Shown: piece after piece, positions 62,779-64,000 of the stretch
Layout of the letters: the number at the start of each line of letters is the position of its first letter
How positions within the stretch are numbered: the first letter of the stretch is position 1
Assembly (NCBI RefSeq): GCF_006345805.1
Contig: NC_043012.1
Location: 35,464,001 to 35,528,000, forward strand
DNA: 64,000 nt
Direction: 5' to 3'
From: Octopus sinensis
Lineage: Eukaryota
Notes under the pieces: generated by a model
Seen by the model: only the letters and a program-made list of their open reading frames with translations
What the model was told of the DNA's origin: nothing
The model's database searches: none
Program-made: the position numbers and the translations under genes

Positions 62779-63620
62779 GGAGAGAGAGAGAGAGGAATTG
62801 GTATATCTGCATATGTTACACTTGTGTACTTCACCTGACCACCATATATGGAGGAGAAAGCGGATGATATCGTGTCAGAAGCTAAGGGAGATAATTGGGT
62901 TACGAAATGTCAATTAGGAATTCTTTTACTTCTTTCAGTCATTTGACTACGGCCATGCTGGAGCACCGCCTTGAAGAAAATAATTTTTTAAAATTATTAT
63001 TTGTTATTTTCTGATAGTACACCAACAATTTCATAAATAATGGGAACGAGGCAGTGAAAATTCGACAGACAAAATCCAAAGAAGAGAATCAGAAAAAAAG
63101 TGGTAAGACTTATAGCAAAAAGGAAACATTTATTTTCAAAAATAACGACACTAAAACAACGATTACTAACATCAATGTATTGTTAATGTGAGCAAAATGA
63201 GTTTCTAAGACTACGTATGGTGTCACAACGATTGTAGCTATGAAAAGAGAATAGAGCTAAGAATAATTATAGAGACAACATGGCAAAGCAATAAAGACAT
63301 GAGAAGAACAACAGAAAAAAACAGGCAAATAATATATAAAGATCTAAAATATAAATACACTAATTATTTGATGAGGCTGGGTAGACAAGATGTACAATTC
63401 TATAAAATACTACATGCACGACATAATATACAATAAATGTGAAGAAAAATTCATAAAATTAGGTAAATATATAAGGAGAGGTGAGTTCTAACGTTACACA
63501 GCTATAGCTTCTTTAATGAACTTGTCTCATTTTACAAATCTTATTAACAGGGTTTTTATTTTTTCATTGTAACCGACAATTATTAGCTCCGACAGTCTTA
63601 AATTAATACTTTTATATATA

Positions 63621-64000
63621 TACTAGAAGTATCGCCTGGCATTGCTCGGGTTTGTTTCAACCCTTTAGAATTGGAATTTTTGAAAAGTAAAAAATTTTGC
63701 ATTATGTAGCTTGTTATTCTCTCTAAGTGAACATTTTTCTGGTTGAAATACACCGAAAAATGGTGACACAGCTGTCAAAAAATCGTAAAATATAGAGATT
63801 ACCATAGACAAAAAGCACCTTTTTGATGTAAATAATTTTTGGTGTTAACATGGTCCGATTTGAATTTTATCTTCTACAGAATGAAGAGCAAGCCTTCTAT
63901 CATACTCTTAATTTTGGTCAACTTGCACCACAGGGTCTTGGAATAAATAGTGTTGGTTGAAGGCTACCAAACCTGCCACACATAGACAACTTCAGCTTTA
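63621..64000 (+). mobile_element. Possible non-autonomous Helitron-like element, running off the window end
   Basis: Starts TACTAGAAGTATCGCCTGGCATTGCTCGGG after a (TA)n tract, similar to ACTAG-starting rolling-circle elements; the other end is not visible. Confidence 0.35.

Noticed and set aside
58412-64000. Search for the next upstream VPS50 exon (expected ...FQKLQYKDLC), including a candidate AG...GTGAG segment near 61596-61648
   Set aside because: No frame gave VPS50-like peptide, so the exon probably lies beyond the window.

Overview
Eukaryotic, repeat-rich genomic DNA. The SINE/MITE families and the (TA)n/(CA)n/(GAT)n load point to a coleoid cephalopod, most likely Octopus (inference from repeat motifs, not from a search). 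Two convergent multi-exon genes fill the window, and both start outside it. (1) + strand, 1290-35337: the last 20 coding exons of CHD1L/ALC1 (SNF2 ATPase from motif III onward, linker, macrodomain). I spliced them by hand into one open frame of 2478 nt (825 aa + stop). The frame closes only if two minor-spliceosome (U12-type) introns are used: a GT-AG intron starting GTATCCTTT (30595-32779) and an AT-AC intron starting ATATCCTTT with a TCCTTAAC branch site (33524-34348). These lead into an XRCC1-BRCT2-like C-terminal domain that human CHD1L lacks. (2) - strand, 58411-39888: the last 17 coding exons of VPS50/syndetin (1899 nt, 632 aa + stop). Introns carry tRNA-derived SINEs, RTE-LINE remnants, piggyBac-type TTAA MITEs, an IR/DR Tc1 element with a nested MITE, a mariner relic, foldback hairpins and minisatellites. 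No prokaryotic features, CRISPR arrays, rRNA or genuine tRNA genes are supported. Exon boundaries were read base by base; repeat boundaries are approximate. Protein comparisons are from memory, not from a database search.
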